A stretch of 64,000 nucleotides of DNA. It comes from a bacterium (GTDB lineage Bacteria > Krumholzibacteriota > Krumholzibacteriia > G020349025). Every line of letters starts with the position of its first letter. Within the stretch, counting starts at the first letter, position 1. The stretch is from the NCBI GenBank assembly GCA_031362565.1, contig JANLSU010000073.1, positions 1 to 64,000 of the forward strand. Direction: 5' to 3'. The translations under genes and the position numbers were made by a program. The notes under the pieces were generated by a model that worked only from the letters and a program-made list of their open reading frames with translations, was not told the DNA's origin and ran no database searches. Shown here in pieces: positions 28,330-38,266 of this stretch.

Positions 28330-30372
28330 TTGAGCAACGAGCGACCGATCGGCGTGGTGGGCGCCGGCAACATGGGCAGCGGCATCGCCCAAAAAATCGC
28401 GACCGAGGGTTTCGACGTCGTTCTTGTCGACATGGACCTTGCCGCCGCCGAGCGTGGTGTCGAGCGGATTCGCACCCTCCTCGGTGAAGCGGTGCAGCGC
28501 AAGATTTTCACGCCGGAGCGCGCCGCAGCGATCGTGTCGCGCGTCCGTCCAGCCGGTGACGTTGCAGCGTGCGAGAACTGCGCCCTCGTTATCGAAGCGG
28601 TGTTCGAGGACCTGGATGTGAAGCGGGATCTGTTCCGGCGCCTGGATGCCGCCTGTGCGCCGTTCACGCGCCTCGGCACCAATACGAGCAGTTTCTACGT
28701 CCGTGACATGGCGGCGGCGACGCGCCGTCCGGATCGCGTCGTCGGCCTCCACTTCTTCTACCACCCGGCCAAGAACCGGCTCGTCGAAGTCATTCCGGGT
28801 CGCGAGACGAGCGCCGACACCACGCAATGGGCCTGGGCGTTCTGTGAAGCCATTGGCAAGACGCCGATCGCGTCCGCCGATGCACCGGGTTTCGTCGTCA
28901 ACCGTTACTTCGTGCCGTGGATCAACGAAGCCGTGCGGGTCCTCGACGAAGGCATCGCCGATATTCCGACCATCGAGGCGGCGATCAAGGAATCGTTCGC
29001 GATCGGCATGGGGCCGTTCGAACTCATGAACGTCACCGGTATTCCCATCGGTATGCACGCGGCCGCGACGCTGGGGCGCGAACTCGGCGCTTTCTATGTG
29101 CCGTCACCGCGTCTTTCGAAGCAAGTGGCGACGGGGCAACTGTGGCCGTTGGGCGGCGAAGCATCGACCGACTTGGCCAAGCGTGCGGCGGTCGTCGATC
29201 GCCTGCAGGCCGTTGCCTTCTACGTCGCCAGCCAGATGGTGGATGAAGGCGTTTGCACGATGGAAGATGCGGACATCGGCGCGCGCGTTGGCTTGCGCTG
29301 GGCGCGCGGCCCATTCGAACTCGCGAACCGGATCGGTGTCGCGGCAGCGGCGCGCAAGGTGGAAGCGCTGGCCGCCAAGTACCCCGAAGTGCAGATGCCG
29401 AAGCGGTTGCGCGAGGCGGCCGCCAGCGGCAAACCTTTCCAGTTCGAGTACGTGCGGCTTTTGGTCGAGGACGGACTGGCGGAAATCACCGTCAACCGGC
29501 CCGATGCGCTGAACGCCCTCAATGAAGATGTCGTGGCCCAACTGGCGCGCGCCTTCGAAACTGCGGACGCACGCAGCGACGTGCGGACGATCGTCCTGCG
29601 TGGTGCCGGCAAAGCCTTCGTGGCAGGCGCCGACATCAAATTCTTCGTCAAGCGGATCGAAGAGAAGAACCTGGGGCGCATCCAGAGTTTCACCCAGGCC
29701 GGACAGGATCTTCTGCGCCGGATCGATGCGACGAAGAAACTGGTGCTCGTGCGCTTGGATGGACTGTCGTTGGGCGGCGGCAGTGAATTGGTGCTTGCCG
29801 CCGATTTTATTCTGGCGACCGACAAGGGCAGCCTCGGGTTTCCGGAGACCGGCATCGGTATCTATCCGGGGCTCGGCGGGACGCAACGCACGACGCGCCG
29901 GTGCGGTGCCGCCCTGGCGCGTTACTTGGTGTTGACCGGCGAAAATGTGGATGCAGTGACGGCGCACAAGATGGGACTCGTCGACGAAATTGTGCGCCAG
30001 GACCAAATCGACGCGCGCCTCCTGGAGATTCACCGTTCGGGCGGTCGCCCGGTGGCGGCCCAACCGCAGCTCGATGCGCGTTTGCAAGCCCTGCAGGCTG
30101 CCTTCGAGACGGCGGATGTCGAAGCGCTCTTGGCGGGTACGGCGACGGCCGCCGATCCAGCCATCGCCAAGACGCTGCAGCGCGTGCGTCACAAGGCGCC
30201 GGTCGCCTGCCGGCTTGCGGATCGCATGATTCGCCACGGCGCGGCGCACGGCGTCGAGGCCGGACTCGCCATGGAGCTCGCACACCTGCAGGAGATTTTC
30301 GCGACCGCCGACGCGTACGAGGGTCTGTCGGCGTTGCTTGCCGGGCGCCGGCCGCAATACCAGGGGAAATGA
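28330..30372 (+). CDS. 3-hydroxyacyl-CoA dehydrogenase / enoyl-CoA hydratase fusion (dehydrogenase first)
   Basis: GAGNMGSG Rossmann, EAVFEDL, TNTSS, GLHFF; C-terminal crotonase AFVAGADI, GGGSEL, PETGIGIYPG; start could also be 28321. Confidence 0.93.
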   Translation: MSNERPIGVVGAGNMGSGIAQKIATEGFDVVLVDMDLAAAERGVERIRTLLGEAVQRKIFTPERAAAIVSRVRPAGDVAACENCALVIEAVFEDLDVKRDLFRRLDAACAPFTRLGTNTSSFYVRDMAAATRRPDRVVGLHFFYHPAKNRLVEVIPGRETSADTTQWAWAFCEAIGKTPIASADAPGFVVNRYFVPWINEAVRVLDEGIADIPTIEAAIKESFAIGMGPFELMNVTGIPIGMHAAATLGRELGAFYVPSPRLSKQVATGQLWPLGGEASTDLAKRAAVVDRLQAVAFYVASQMVDEGVCTMEDADIGARVGLRWARGPFELANRIGVAAAARKVEALAAKYPEVQMPKRLREAAASGKPFQFEYVRLLVEDGLAEITVNRPDALNALNEDVVAQLARAFETADARSDVRTIVLRGAGKAFVAGADIKFFVKRIEEKNLGRIQSFTQAGQDLLRRIDATKKLVLVRLDGLSLGGGSELVLAADFILATDKGSLGFPETGIGIYPGLGGTQRTTRRCGAALARYLVLTGENVDAVTAHKMGLVDEIVRQDQIDARLLEIHRSGGRPVAAQPQLDARLQALQAAFETADVEALLAGTATAADPAIAKTLQRVRHKAPVACRLADRMIRHGAAHGVEAGLAMELAHLQEIFATADAYEGLSALLAGRRPQYQGK

Positions 30373-31373
30373 GCATGGAATCACGGCGTCTCGGCACTAC
30401 CGGTCTCGTCGTTCCACCATTGTGCCTTGGTGCCATGATGTTCGGCGCCTGGGGCAATACCGATCACGACGAATGCGTCCGCATCATCCATGCGGCGCTC
30501 GATGCCGGCATCGATTTCGTCGATACCTCCAACAATTATTCCGACGGCGAGTCCGAGATCATCGTCGGCAAGGCGCTCGTGGACCGGCGCGACCGGGTCG
30601 TGCTCGCCACCAAGGTGTGGGCGCCGGTGGGACCCGGCCCCAACGACCGGGGCCTGTCGCGCCGCGCTATCTTGATGCAAGTCGAAAACAGCCTGCGTCG
30701 CCTACAGACCGACTGGATCGACCTGTACCAAATCCATCGTCCCGACCCGACGACGCCATGGGAAGAAACACTCGGCGCGCTGAGCGACCTCGTGCGGCAG
30801 GGCAAGGTGCGCTATATCGGTTGCTCGACGAATCACTATGCCGGAACCGGACCGTGGGAGAAGAAGCTCGCGGCGTGGGAAATCGTCGAAACACTATGGC
30901 TGAGTGAGAAGCGTGGTTTCGAACGTTTTGCGTCGTTGCAGCCGCCCTACAGCATGCTGCGCCGCGTCATGGAAGCGGAACACTTTCCCATGACCCGCCG
31001 GCACGGCATGGGCAACATCGTGTGGAGCCCGCTCGAAGGCGGCTGGCTCACGGGCAAGTATCGCAAGGGCCGCGCGAATCCCGGCGGCAGCCCGCGCTCG
31101 GCCACTTGGGTCGGCGATCTTGCGAATCCCAAGTTCCAGCACCGGTTGGACATCGTCGAGGCGCTCGTCGACTGGTCCGCGTCGCGCAACACACCGCTCG
31201 CCGAGCTGGCGCTTGCCTGGACGCTGCACAACCCCGACGTGACGTCGGCGATCATCGGACCGCGTACCATGGCGCAACTCGAGTCGTGCCTGCGCGCCCC
31301 CAACGTGACGCTGACCGCGGCAGAAATGGCGCGAGTCGACGCGCTCGTGCCGCCGGGAACCTCGGCGCTCTAA
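30369..31373 (+). CDS. Aldo/keto reductase
   Basis: LCLGAMMFG, DTSNNY, LATK, DLYQIH, GKVRYIG, WSPL; ATGA overlap. Confidence 0.93.
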   Translation: MSMESRRLGTTGLVVPPLCLGAMMFGAWGNTDHDECVRIIHAALDAGIDFVDTSNNYSDGESEIIVGKALVDRRDRVVLATKVWAPVGPGPNDRGLSRRAILMQVENSLRRLQTDWIDLYQIHRPDPTTPWEETLGALSDLVRQGKVRYIGCSTNHYAGTGPWEKKLAAWEIVETLWLSEKRGFERFASLQPPYSMLRRVMEAEHFPMTRRHGMGNIVWSPLEGGWLTGKYRKGRANPGGSPRSATWVGDLANPKFQHRLDIVEALVDWSASRNTPLAELALAWTLHNPDVTSAIIGPRTMAQLESCLRAPNVTLTAAEMARVDALVPPGTSAL

Positions 31374-31376
31374 TAG

Positions 31377-31410
31377 GAAACGGCCGGGGCGGTGGCGCCC
31401 CAGCCGTTTC
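31377..31410. terminator. Hairpin terminator between convergent genes
   Basis: GAAACGGC-c-GGGGCG...CGCCCC-a-GCCGTTTC. Confidence 0.6.
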
Positions 31411-31440
31411 ACGAACCCTGCAGCAGCGCTCGAACTGCAA

Positions 31441-32121
31441 CTACCGGTAGAGCTCCTTCACCATGTCCCAGGTGCGATCCTCGACCGCGAGCAGTGTGGT
31501 CACGTCGACGAAATTCGTTCCATCGGCAGTGCCGAATTGGAAGCGCACCTTCGAAATCGTCGTCTGAGCGGTGACGCCCGTCACGTTGAGATCGAACACC
31601 GCGTTGCCCGACAAGAACGGGTTGTGCGGGCCGTTGCCGTTGATGCTGCCGTTCGCGTTGGGGTAGCCGCCGCTGCCGGCCGGGCCACCAATCAAAGTGT
31701 GCGCCGGGCCGTCGGCACCTGCACACAGATCACAGAGCCGCAGTCCCAGCACCGACGCCAGGTTGTAAGCGGATTCGAGCTTCCAGCCGGTTGCGGCCGA
31801 CCCTGAATCCGTGAAGTTGTTGCTGGCAACGCTGCGCAAATTCGCCGAACTCGTCACCAAGGTGCCGGCCGACTGGCCGCCACCCAGAATGAATCCCAAA
31901 GCACTCAAGTTCTGGATGACCGACCGCGGGTCGGTGATCAAATTCTGCACCACGATGTGAACCGTGCCGGCGCCGGTCGTGAAGGTCGCCTGGGCACTGA
32001 CCGGCTGGCCACCGACCTGGGTATTCGCGGGTGTGCTGAACACCGAGACGGCGGCCTGAGCCGCGGATCCAAAGACCAAAATCGCAACAAGGGGGCATGC
32101 AACGAACCGTGCGGTCTTCAC
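31441..32121 (-). CDS. Secreted beta-rich protein with C-terminal TWDMVKELYR tail
   Basis: Signal peptide ending AQA; Gly/Asn/Thr-rich; shared C-terminal motif; GTG start uncertain. Confidence 0.75.
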   Translation of the reverse strand: MKTARFVACPLVAILVFGSAAQAAVSVFSTPANTQVGGQPVSAQATFTTGAGTVHIVVQNLITDPRSVIQNLSALGFILGGGQSAGTLVTSSANLRSVASNNFTDSGSAATGWKLESAYNLASVLGLRLCDLCAGADGPAHTLIGGPAGSGGYPNANGSINGNGPHNPFLSGNAVFDLNVTGVTAQTTISKVRFQFGTADGTNFVDVTTLLAVEDRTWDMVKELYR

Positions 32122-32291
32122 TTTCAGTCCATTTCGATAACGATCGACGATTCCCGCTCGAGCGCCGAAACGGGTGCGTAGTCGATCAAACCATCCGCGC
32201 TGTAAGGATAGTTGGCAGCGGCGGGCCCGGTCAACCAAGAGCGGCGCCCTGCCCGGCCCGTTGGGTGAAAAACCCCACTCCGGCGCGGCCG

Positions 32292-32753
32292 TTACTGCGC
32301 CGCGAGATCTGTCGACATGATCCGGACAATATCGGAGCGGCTGACGATGCCGACCAGGCGGCCGTCGTCGACCACCGGCACGGGGTTGACGCGCTTTTTC
32401 ACCATGAGATCGACGAGAACTTCGAGTTCGGCATCGGGTGTCACACTGTGCACCTCGCGCGTCATGACGTCCTCGGCGTGCGTGCCGAGCATGTGTCGCA
32501 GCCGGGTCGTCAAGTGCCCGGGCAATTCGAGCGGCACCATCGAATCGAAAATTTGCAGAAACACCGGCATCTCGAGACGCCCGTTGCGGACGATGAGATC
32601 CAATTCGGTGACGATTCCGACCAGCCGTTCCTGGGCGTCGAGCACTGGGACGCCGCTCACGCCATGCGTCGCCATGAGTCGCGCGACGTCGTTCACCGCA
32701 GTATCGGTGCGAACGGTGAAAACCTTCGCAGTCATGAGGTCACGGACACGCAT
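32292..32753 (-). CDS. CBS domain pair protein
   Basis: VRDLMT..., GVPVLD..LVGIVTELDL, PVVDDGRLVGIVSRSDI. Confidence 0.92.
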   Translation of the reverse strand: MRVRDLMTAKVFTVRTDTAVNDVARLMATHGVSGVPVLDAQERLVGIVTELDLIVRNGRLEMPVFLQIFDSMVPLELPGHLTTRLRHMLGTHAEDVMTREVHSVTPDAELEVLVDLMVKKRVNPVPVVDDGRLVGIVSRSDIVRIMSTDLAAQ

Positions 32754-32794
32754 GAAACCCTCCTCGGGCGAAACGGACGCGTCGGGAGCTTACA

Positions 32795-33289
32795 TCATGG
32801 GCGCGCTGCGAGCGTCAGAACCAGCCACACCGTGGGTGTCAGGAGCACCGACGCCAAGATGACAATGGGCACCGCCGTGCCCAGGGTACTCGCCTCGCCC
32901 TGGGCGATCCGGGTGATTTTCCAGCCCAGAAATGCGAGCAGCCAGGTGATTTCGACCTTCAGGATCGACAGCATCACCGTTGTCATGCGGTACTGGTGCG
33001 CGGCGTTCTCAGGCGTGATCTCGATCGGATAGTTCGCCAGATGAGGCAGCCGGGCGATGACCGTGAGAAGCGTGTACATCACGAGGGCCACGACCGGCAG
33101 TACGGCGAGTTCGTTGCGCGATCCCCAACGATCTGGACGTCCCGACCAATCGAAGTGCACCGGCACCTTGGCCGGCAAGTGCGGCAGGCGTGGCAACATC
33201 CAAGACAGGTGCGCCAGCAGGCCGGCGGCAGCAGACGCTTCGAGTGCCACGTCGAGCGGGGTCCATGGTGCAGGCAGAACGGGACGCAT
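32795..33289 (-). CDS. DUF1648 membrane protein
   Basis: LPAKVPVHFDWSGRPDRWGS motif followed by TM helices. Confidence 0.85.
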   Translation of the reverse strand: MRPVLPAPWTPLDVALEASAAAGLLAHLSWMLPRLPHLPAKVPVHFDWSGRPDRWGSRNELAVLPVVALVMYTLLTVIARLPHLANYPIEITPENAAHQYRMTTVMLSILKVEITWLLAFLGWKITRIAQGEASTLGTAVPIVILASVLLTPTVWLVLTLAARP

Positions 33290-33290
33290 T

Positions 33291-33977
33291 TCAGTCTCGC
33301 ATGGTCATGGGAGAGGGGCCGCCGCGCGTGCCATGTACGGCCTGCACGAATGCTGCGAGCTTGTCCGCATCGAGCCCGCCTTCAGTCCGAACTCCGGAGC
33401 AGAGGTCGACACCCCACGGCTCGACCGCAGCGATCGCCGCGGCGACATTTTCGGCCCGCAGGCCGCCGGCCAAGAACACCGGCACCGGTACCGCGGCACG
33501 AATGGCGTGGCTCACGGCCCAGTCGTGCAGGCGCCCGGTGCCACCCAGTTCCTTGATGCGCGCCGCGGGATTGCCGGAGTCGAGGAGGAGGGCATCGACA
33601 TGCGGCGCGATGGCGGTCGCCTCGGCCATCGACACGGGACCGGTGACGTGAATGACCTGCACGATGCCGATGCCCGGCAAGAGGGCCCGCAGATCGGCGT
33701 GCGTCCCGTGCGTCAATCGGTCGACGATTTGAATTGTCGTGGTGCGGCAGCGGGCGTGTTGCTCGACGATGTCCGCGACCCGCGTCGAAGAAGTCAGCAG
33801 AAAGGTGGCAATGGGCGGCGGGACACCGGCGGCGATCGCCGCGATGCGCGCCTCCGGAATGACGCCGGGGCCGCTCGGCATCGCCGCCACCAGACCGAGC
33901 GCGTCCGCACCAAGCTCGATCGCGAGCGCCGCTTCGGCCGCGCTCGCGATACAACAGACCTTGATCCGCGTCCTCAC
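33291..33977 (-). CDS. trpF: Phosphoribosylanthranilate isomerase family protein
   Basis: IKVCCI, LLLDSG, GGTGRLHDW, FLAGGL, GVDLCSGV. Confidence 0.85.
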   Translation of the reverse strand: MRTRIKVCCIASAAEAALAIELGADALGLVAAMPSGPGVIPEARIAAIAAGVPPPIATFLLTSSTRVADIVEQHARCRTTTIQIVDRLTHGTHADLRALLPGIGIVQVIHVTGPVSMAEATAIAPHVDALLLDSGNPAARIKELGGTGRLHDWAVSHAIRAAVPVPVFLAGGLRAENVAAAIAAVEPWGVDLCSGVRTEGGLDADKLAAFVQAVHGTRGGPSPMTMRD

Positions 33978-35140
33978 GCTCCGGCCAACGCCTGCTCGAA
34001 GTCGGCGATGAGTTCGTCCGCCGATTCCAAGCCGACCGAGACGCGAACGAGATCGTCCGTGATGCCGATGCGGGCCCGTTCGTCGGGCGTGAGTCCCAAA
34101 TGCGAACTCCGGGCCGGCCGCACGACCAGCGACTCGGCGCCGCCCAGGCTGGCGGCGTGAATCGGAATTTGGACCCGCTCCAGGAAGTGCGCCGCCTGGT
34201 CGGCGGTTTGCGCATAGAACGACATCATGCCACCGCAGCCTTTGAAGAGCTTGCGCGCCGTCTTGTAGCCGGGGTCGGTCTCGAGGCCCGCGTAGTTCAC
34301 CTGCCGTACCTTGGGGTTGGCGGCCAGGGCGCGTGCCACGCGCCCGGCGCTGGCGGTCTGGCGCTCGACGCGCAGCACGAGCGTCTTCATACCGCGTTCG
34401 AGCAAGAAGGCGGCATGTGTGTCGAGCGAACCGCCCATATGATTGAGCACGTTGAGAATGCGCTGCATGTGGGCGCGCGTGCCGGCGACGGCTCCCGCTA
34501 CGATGTCGCTGTGGCCGTTCAGATACTTCGTGGCGCTGTGCACGGCAATATCGATGCCGATGTCCGCGGGCCGGAAATTGACCGGTGACGCGAACGTGTT
34601 GTCGATGATGGTGACGAGCCCGTGCTGGCGCGCGAACGCCACGACCGCTTCCAAGTCCAACACTTCCATGAGCGGATTTGTGATGCTCTCGACGTACATG
34701 ACCTTGGTGTTGGGACGCAGCGCCTTGTCCCAACCGCCGGCTGTCTTGGCGTCGATGCGCGTGCAGGCGATGCCGAGACGCGGGCCATCGTGGTCGAACC
34801 ACGACTGCATGCCGCCATACAGCGAGTTGTGCGCGATGACGTGGTCGCCGCTTTGCAGGAAGGCGAGCAACGTCGTGGTGATTGCCGACATGCCGCTCGA
34901 CGTCACGAGCGCGGCCTCGGTGTTTTCGAGTACTGCCAGGCGCGCATGCAGCACATGGTGGTTGGGCGAGTTGCTGAGCCGCATGTAGCGGACATCGCCG
35001 TAAGCGTTTTCTTCGCCCATAAGGTAGTTTGCCGACTGAAAGATCGGCGTGACCACCGCACCCTCGACGTTCGGCGACGGGCGGCCGGCGTGCACGACGT
35101 TCGTCTCCAGGGTCTTGAACTTGCAGGAATAATCGGTCAC
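33974..35140 (-). CDS. Cys/Met metabolism PLP-dependent enzyme (cystathionine gamma-synthase/lyase family)
   Basis: SSGMSAI, DNTFASP, HSATKYLNGHSD (PLP Lys), SLGGAESL, RVSVGLE. Confidence 0.93.
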   Translation of the reverse strand: MTDYSCKFKTLETNVVHAGRPSPNVEGAVVTPIFQSANYLMGEENAYGDVRYMRLSNSPNHHVLHARLAVLENTEAALVTSSGMSAITTTLLAFLQSGDHVIAHNSLYGGMQSWFDHDGPRLGIACTRIDAKTAGGWDKALRPNTKVMYVESITNPLMEVLDLEAVVAFARQHGLVTIIDNTFASPVNFRPADIGIDIAVHSATKYLNGHSDIVAGAVAGTRAHMQRILNVLNHMGGSLDTHAAFLLERGMKTLVLRVERQTASAGRVARALAANPKVRQVNYAGLETDPGYKTARKLFKGCGGMMSFYAQTADQAAHFLERVQIPIHAASLGGAESLVVRPARSSHLGLTPDERARIGITDDLVRVSVGLESADELIADFEQALAGA

Positions 35141-35253
35141 CGGAACCTCCAAGATCGAAACCAGGGCTACGCGGCGGGACGCTGCGAGAGTAACATGCGG
35201 CCACGCCCGTGCGTACAGGTGGCAGAGACCCGTGCTGGATTGGAGTGGCTGGC

Positions 35254-37278
35254 ATGTCGTGCAACGTCTTGCGAGCGATCCACCGGTTGGGGATCGCGGT
35301 CGCAGTTCTTGCCGCCGGTCTCGCGTCCTTCGCCCGGGCCGAGCCTCCGCCTCTCATTCCGCGCCCTGTGCTCTTCAGCGGCGCCCCCTACGACGCGCCA
35401 CAAGTCGCGCCCGATGGGACGCGCATCGCCTACGTCGCGCGCGATAGCCAGGATGTTCCCAATGTTTGGATGCGCACCGTCGGCCAGCACGATGACGTGC
35501 AGGTGACACACGCCGAGCATGGTGGCATCGGGTTCTTTTCGTGGGCCTGGGACGGCCGGCATTTGCTGTACTTCGAGGACCACCACGGTGATGAGAATCT
35601 GCACTTGTGGTCGCTGGATCTCGCCACCGAGCTGCAACGCGACTTGACGCCATTCACGGGCGCGCGCGCCGTGAACCTGCTCACCAGTCCGGCGCGGCCG
35701 CACGAGGTGCTGGTCGGCCTCAACTTGCGGGACCGGCGCCTGTATGACATGTATCGCGTCGATCTCGAAACCGGCGCCGTCGTCCTGGACACGCAGAACC
35801 CCGGCGATGTGCTTGCTTGGACCACCGACGATGCGCTGCAGATCCGTGCCGCCTGTGCGCTGCGGGTCGAGGACGTGGCGACGGTCGTACGCGTACGCGA
35901 CAACCATGACGCTGCGTGGCGCGATGTCGTGGTTTCGCCCTTCGAAACGACGCCGCTCGTGGGCCAAGCGAACGGCAGTTCCGTCGTGCTCGGTTTCGCA
36001 CCCGGCGGGCGTTCCTTCTTCATGGTGACCTGGCGCAGCACGGACACCATGCGGGTGGTCGAAATCGATGCGGCAGACGGGCACGAGATTGCGTCACTGG
36101 CCCAGAACCCACGCTGCGACGTGGCGGGCGGTTTCGCCGCCGACGGCACGATGCACCTGGCGGCATTGCAGCACCCCATGACCGGAGCGCTCCAGGCCGT
36201 TGGCTTCAACGAGATGCAGCCTGAATGGCAGGCCATCGATCCAGCCTTCGAGACGGACTTCGCGGTGCTCCACAAGGCGGCGGGCAACGGCTGGTTCACG
36301 ATCGAGAACCGGGATCGCGACGATCGCGTGTGGGTGGTGTCGACGTCCCGTTCCGACGGCGCAAATCGTTACAGCGTGTATGACCGCGGCACCCACCATC
36401 TCGAGTTTCTCTTTGAAGATGCGCCGGAGCTTGCACATTGGACACTCGTGCCGAAGCAGACGGTGCGCATTCGCGCCCGCGATGGCATGGAGCTGCCGGC
36501 GTATTTGACGTTGCCGGCGGGAGTGCCGGCGAAGCAACTGCCGTTCGTTCTGCTCGTGCACGGTGGACCGTGGTTTCGCGATGGCGCCTTCTGCGATCCC
36601 GAAGTGCAGTGGCTCGCGAATCGCGGCTACGCCGTCTTGCAGGTGCAATTTCGCGGCTCGACCGGCTTCGGCAAGAAACACCTGAATGCCGGCACCGGCG
36701 AGTGGGGGCGTGCGATGCAGAACGATCTCACTGACGCCGTGCGCTGGGCGATCGCCCGGAAGATCGCCGACCCCCGACGGGTCGGAATCATGGGCGGGTC
36801 GTACGGCGGCTATGCGACGCTCGCCGGACTCGCATTCACACCGGAGCTGTACACCTGCGGCGTCGATGTCGTCGGGCCGTCGAACGTCGCGACATTGCTG
36901 GCGTCGTTTCCGCCGTATTGGGCGCCGGTCAAGAAGCGCTGGGTGCGCCGCATCGGCGACGCGGAAAATGACGCGGCGCTCAACGAACGCATCTCGCCGC
37001 TCTTCCATGCCGATGCGATCCGCGCCCCGTTGCTCGTCGGACATGGTTCGAACGACCCGCGGGTCAAGCAAGCCGAGTCGGACCGCATCGTGCAGGCCTT
37101 GCGCGATCGCCGGCAAACGGTTACCTACATCGTGTACCCGGACGAAGGACACGGTTTTGGCAGGACCGAAAACATTCTCGACTTCTACGGCCGCGTCGAG
37201 GAATTCCTGAGCAAGTATCTCGGTGGCCGCGCTGAACCCTGGAAAGCCGTGCCCGGATCGAGCGCCGAAGTGCACTGA
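35254..37278 (+). CDS. Secreted S9 family (dipeptidyl/acylaminoacyl) peptidase
   Basis: VHGGP, GGSYGG nucleophile, NDPRV, DEGHGF; signal peptide. Confidence 0.95.
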   Translation: MSCNVLRAIHRLGIAVAVLAAGLASFARAEPPPLIPRPVLFSGAPYDAPQVAPDGTRIAYVARDSQDVPNVWMRTVGQHDDVQVTHAEHGGIGFFSWAWDGRHLLYFEDHHGDENLHLWSLDLATELQRDLTPFTGARAVNLLTSPARPHEVLVGLNLRDRRLYDMYRVDLETGAVVLDTQNPGDVLAWTTDDALQIRAACALRVEDVATVVRVRDNHDAAWRDVVVSPFETTPLVGQANGSSVVLGFAPGGRSFFMVTWRSTDTMRVVEIDAADGHEIASLAQNPRCDVAGGFAADGTMHLAALQHPMTGALQAVGFNEMQPEWQAIDPAFETDFAVLHKAAGNGWFTIENRDRDDRVWVVSTSRSDGANRYSVYDRGTHHLEFLFEDAPELAHWTLVPKQTVRIRARDGMELPAYLTLPAGVPAKQLPFVLLVHGGPWFRDGAFCDPEVQWLANRGYAVLQVQFRGSTGFGKKHLNAGTGEWGRAMQNDLTDAVRWAIARKIADPRRVGIMGGSYGGYATLAGLAFTPELYTCGVDVVGPSNVATLLASFPPYWAPVKKRWVRRIGDAENDAALNERISPLFHADAIRAPLLVGHGSNDPRVKQAESDRIVQALRDRRQTVTYIVYPDEGHGFGRTENILDFYGRVEEFLSKYLGGRAEPWKAVPGSSAEVH

Positions 37279-37325
37279 CGGCAAAGTGGGGCAATGCCGG
37301 CGCCCCGCTTTCGTCTTTGCGCCCC

Positions 37326-37375
37326 TTGGCGGCGGCGATTTGTGTCGTTAGTGTGATGAACATGAAAACGACACA
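37326..37375 (+). promoter_or_regulatory. Promoter with overlapping inverted-repeat operator
   Basis: TTGGCG(37326)-N17-TAGTGT(37349); inverted repeat TGTGTCGTT(37341-37349)-N17-AACGACACA(37367-37375). Confidence 0.55.
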
Positions 37376-37402
37376 CGAATCAGCGCGCACGAGCGATGCG
37401 CT

Positions 37403-38266
37403 ATGAAGACCACCGGCACTTCCACGAACCCGGGCGACGCATTCACGAGCGTTTTCTTGCAGCGCCTGCAAGCGGAGTTCGAGCGGCGCCGGCAAGTGAA
37501 TGCGCGCTATTCGTTGCGCGCCTTCGCCATGCATCTGGGTGTCGACCATTCGACGCTCTCCCAGATTCTGCGCGGCCGGCGGGCGCTCACCGCGCGTACG
37601 ATCGAACGCCTGGGTGCGCGCCTAGGTCTCGATCGCGACACGGTTGCCGCCGCGGTCGCGGACGAAGCGCGGCGCTCACCCAACATCGCGGCGCAAACCG
37701 GCGAAGTGCGCCGGCTCGCGGCCGACACCGCGAATCTGCTCGCCGACTGGTACCACTGGGCGATTCTGGAACTCGTGCGACTGCGTGACTTCGTGCCCGA
37801 TTCACGCTGGATCGCCCAAGTTCTCGGCATCACGGTCGACGAGGTCAACGTGGCCGTGGCGCGGTTGCTGCATCTCGGCCTTCTCGAGATGAGCGCCCCG
37901 GATCGCTGGACCGATCGTTGCGGCGACAGCGCCTCCAACTTCGAAGATTTTTCGCGCGCTGCGGTGCAACGGCTCTCGGAGCAGGTGCGCGCCTTGTCGC
38001 TGGCGGCGGCCCGCGACGTGCCGCCGTCGTTGCGTGAGCAGAGCACGACGACCATCGCCGTCCGCACCGAACGGATTCCGGCGGCGCTCGGGTGCATCGC
38101 CCGCTTTCGGGCCGAACTGCTGACGCTGCTCGAAAGCGATGCTGAACGTGACGATGTGTATCAGCTCGAGATCGGTTTCTTTCCCGTGACCCGGATCCAA
38201 AGCAACAAGGAGACAGACGATGGGCCGTCCAGTGATGAAGTGGCAGATTCTGGCGAAGAATCCTGA
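37403..38266 (+). CDS. HTH + DUF4423 protein (TIGR02147-like putative regulator)
   Basis: YSLRAFAMHLGVDHSTLSQILRGRR HTH; WYHWAILEL; VYQLEIGFFP. Confidence 0.8.
   Translation: MKTTGTSTNPGDAFTSVFLQRLQAEFERRRQVNARYSLRAFAMHLGVDHSTLSQILRGRRALTARTIERLGARLGLDRDTVAAAVADEARRSPNIAAQTGEVRRLAADTANLLADWYHWAILELVRLRDFVPDSRWIAQVLGITVDEVNVAVARLLHLGLLEMSAPDRWTDRCGDSASNFEDFSRAAVQRLSEQVRALSLAAARDVPPSLREQSTTTIAVRTERIPAALGCIARFRAELLTLLESDAERDDVYQLEIGFFPVTRIQSNKETDDGPSSDEVADSGEES

Noticed and set aside
33291..33977. Tryptophan operon or attenuator
   Set aside because: trpF-like gene is isolated among unrelated genes; no other trp genes or Trp-rich leader peptide seen
23900..35357. Apparent giant fusions in the ORF track (23900..26278, 25534..29058, 33291..35357, 29901..31373)
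   Set aside because: Upstream extensions are stop-free GC-rich frames overlapping neighbouring genes; RBS-supported starts lie downstream
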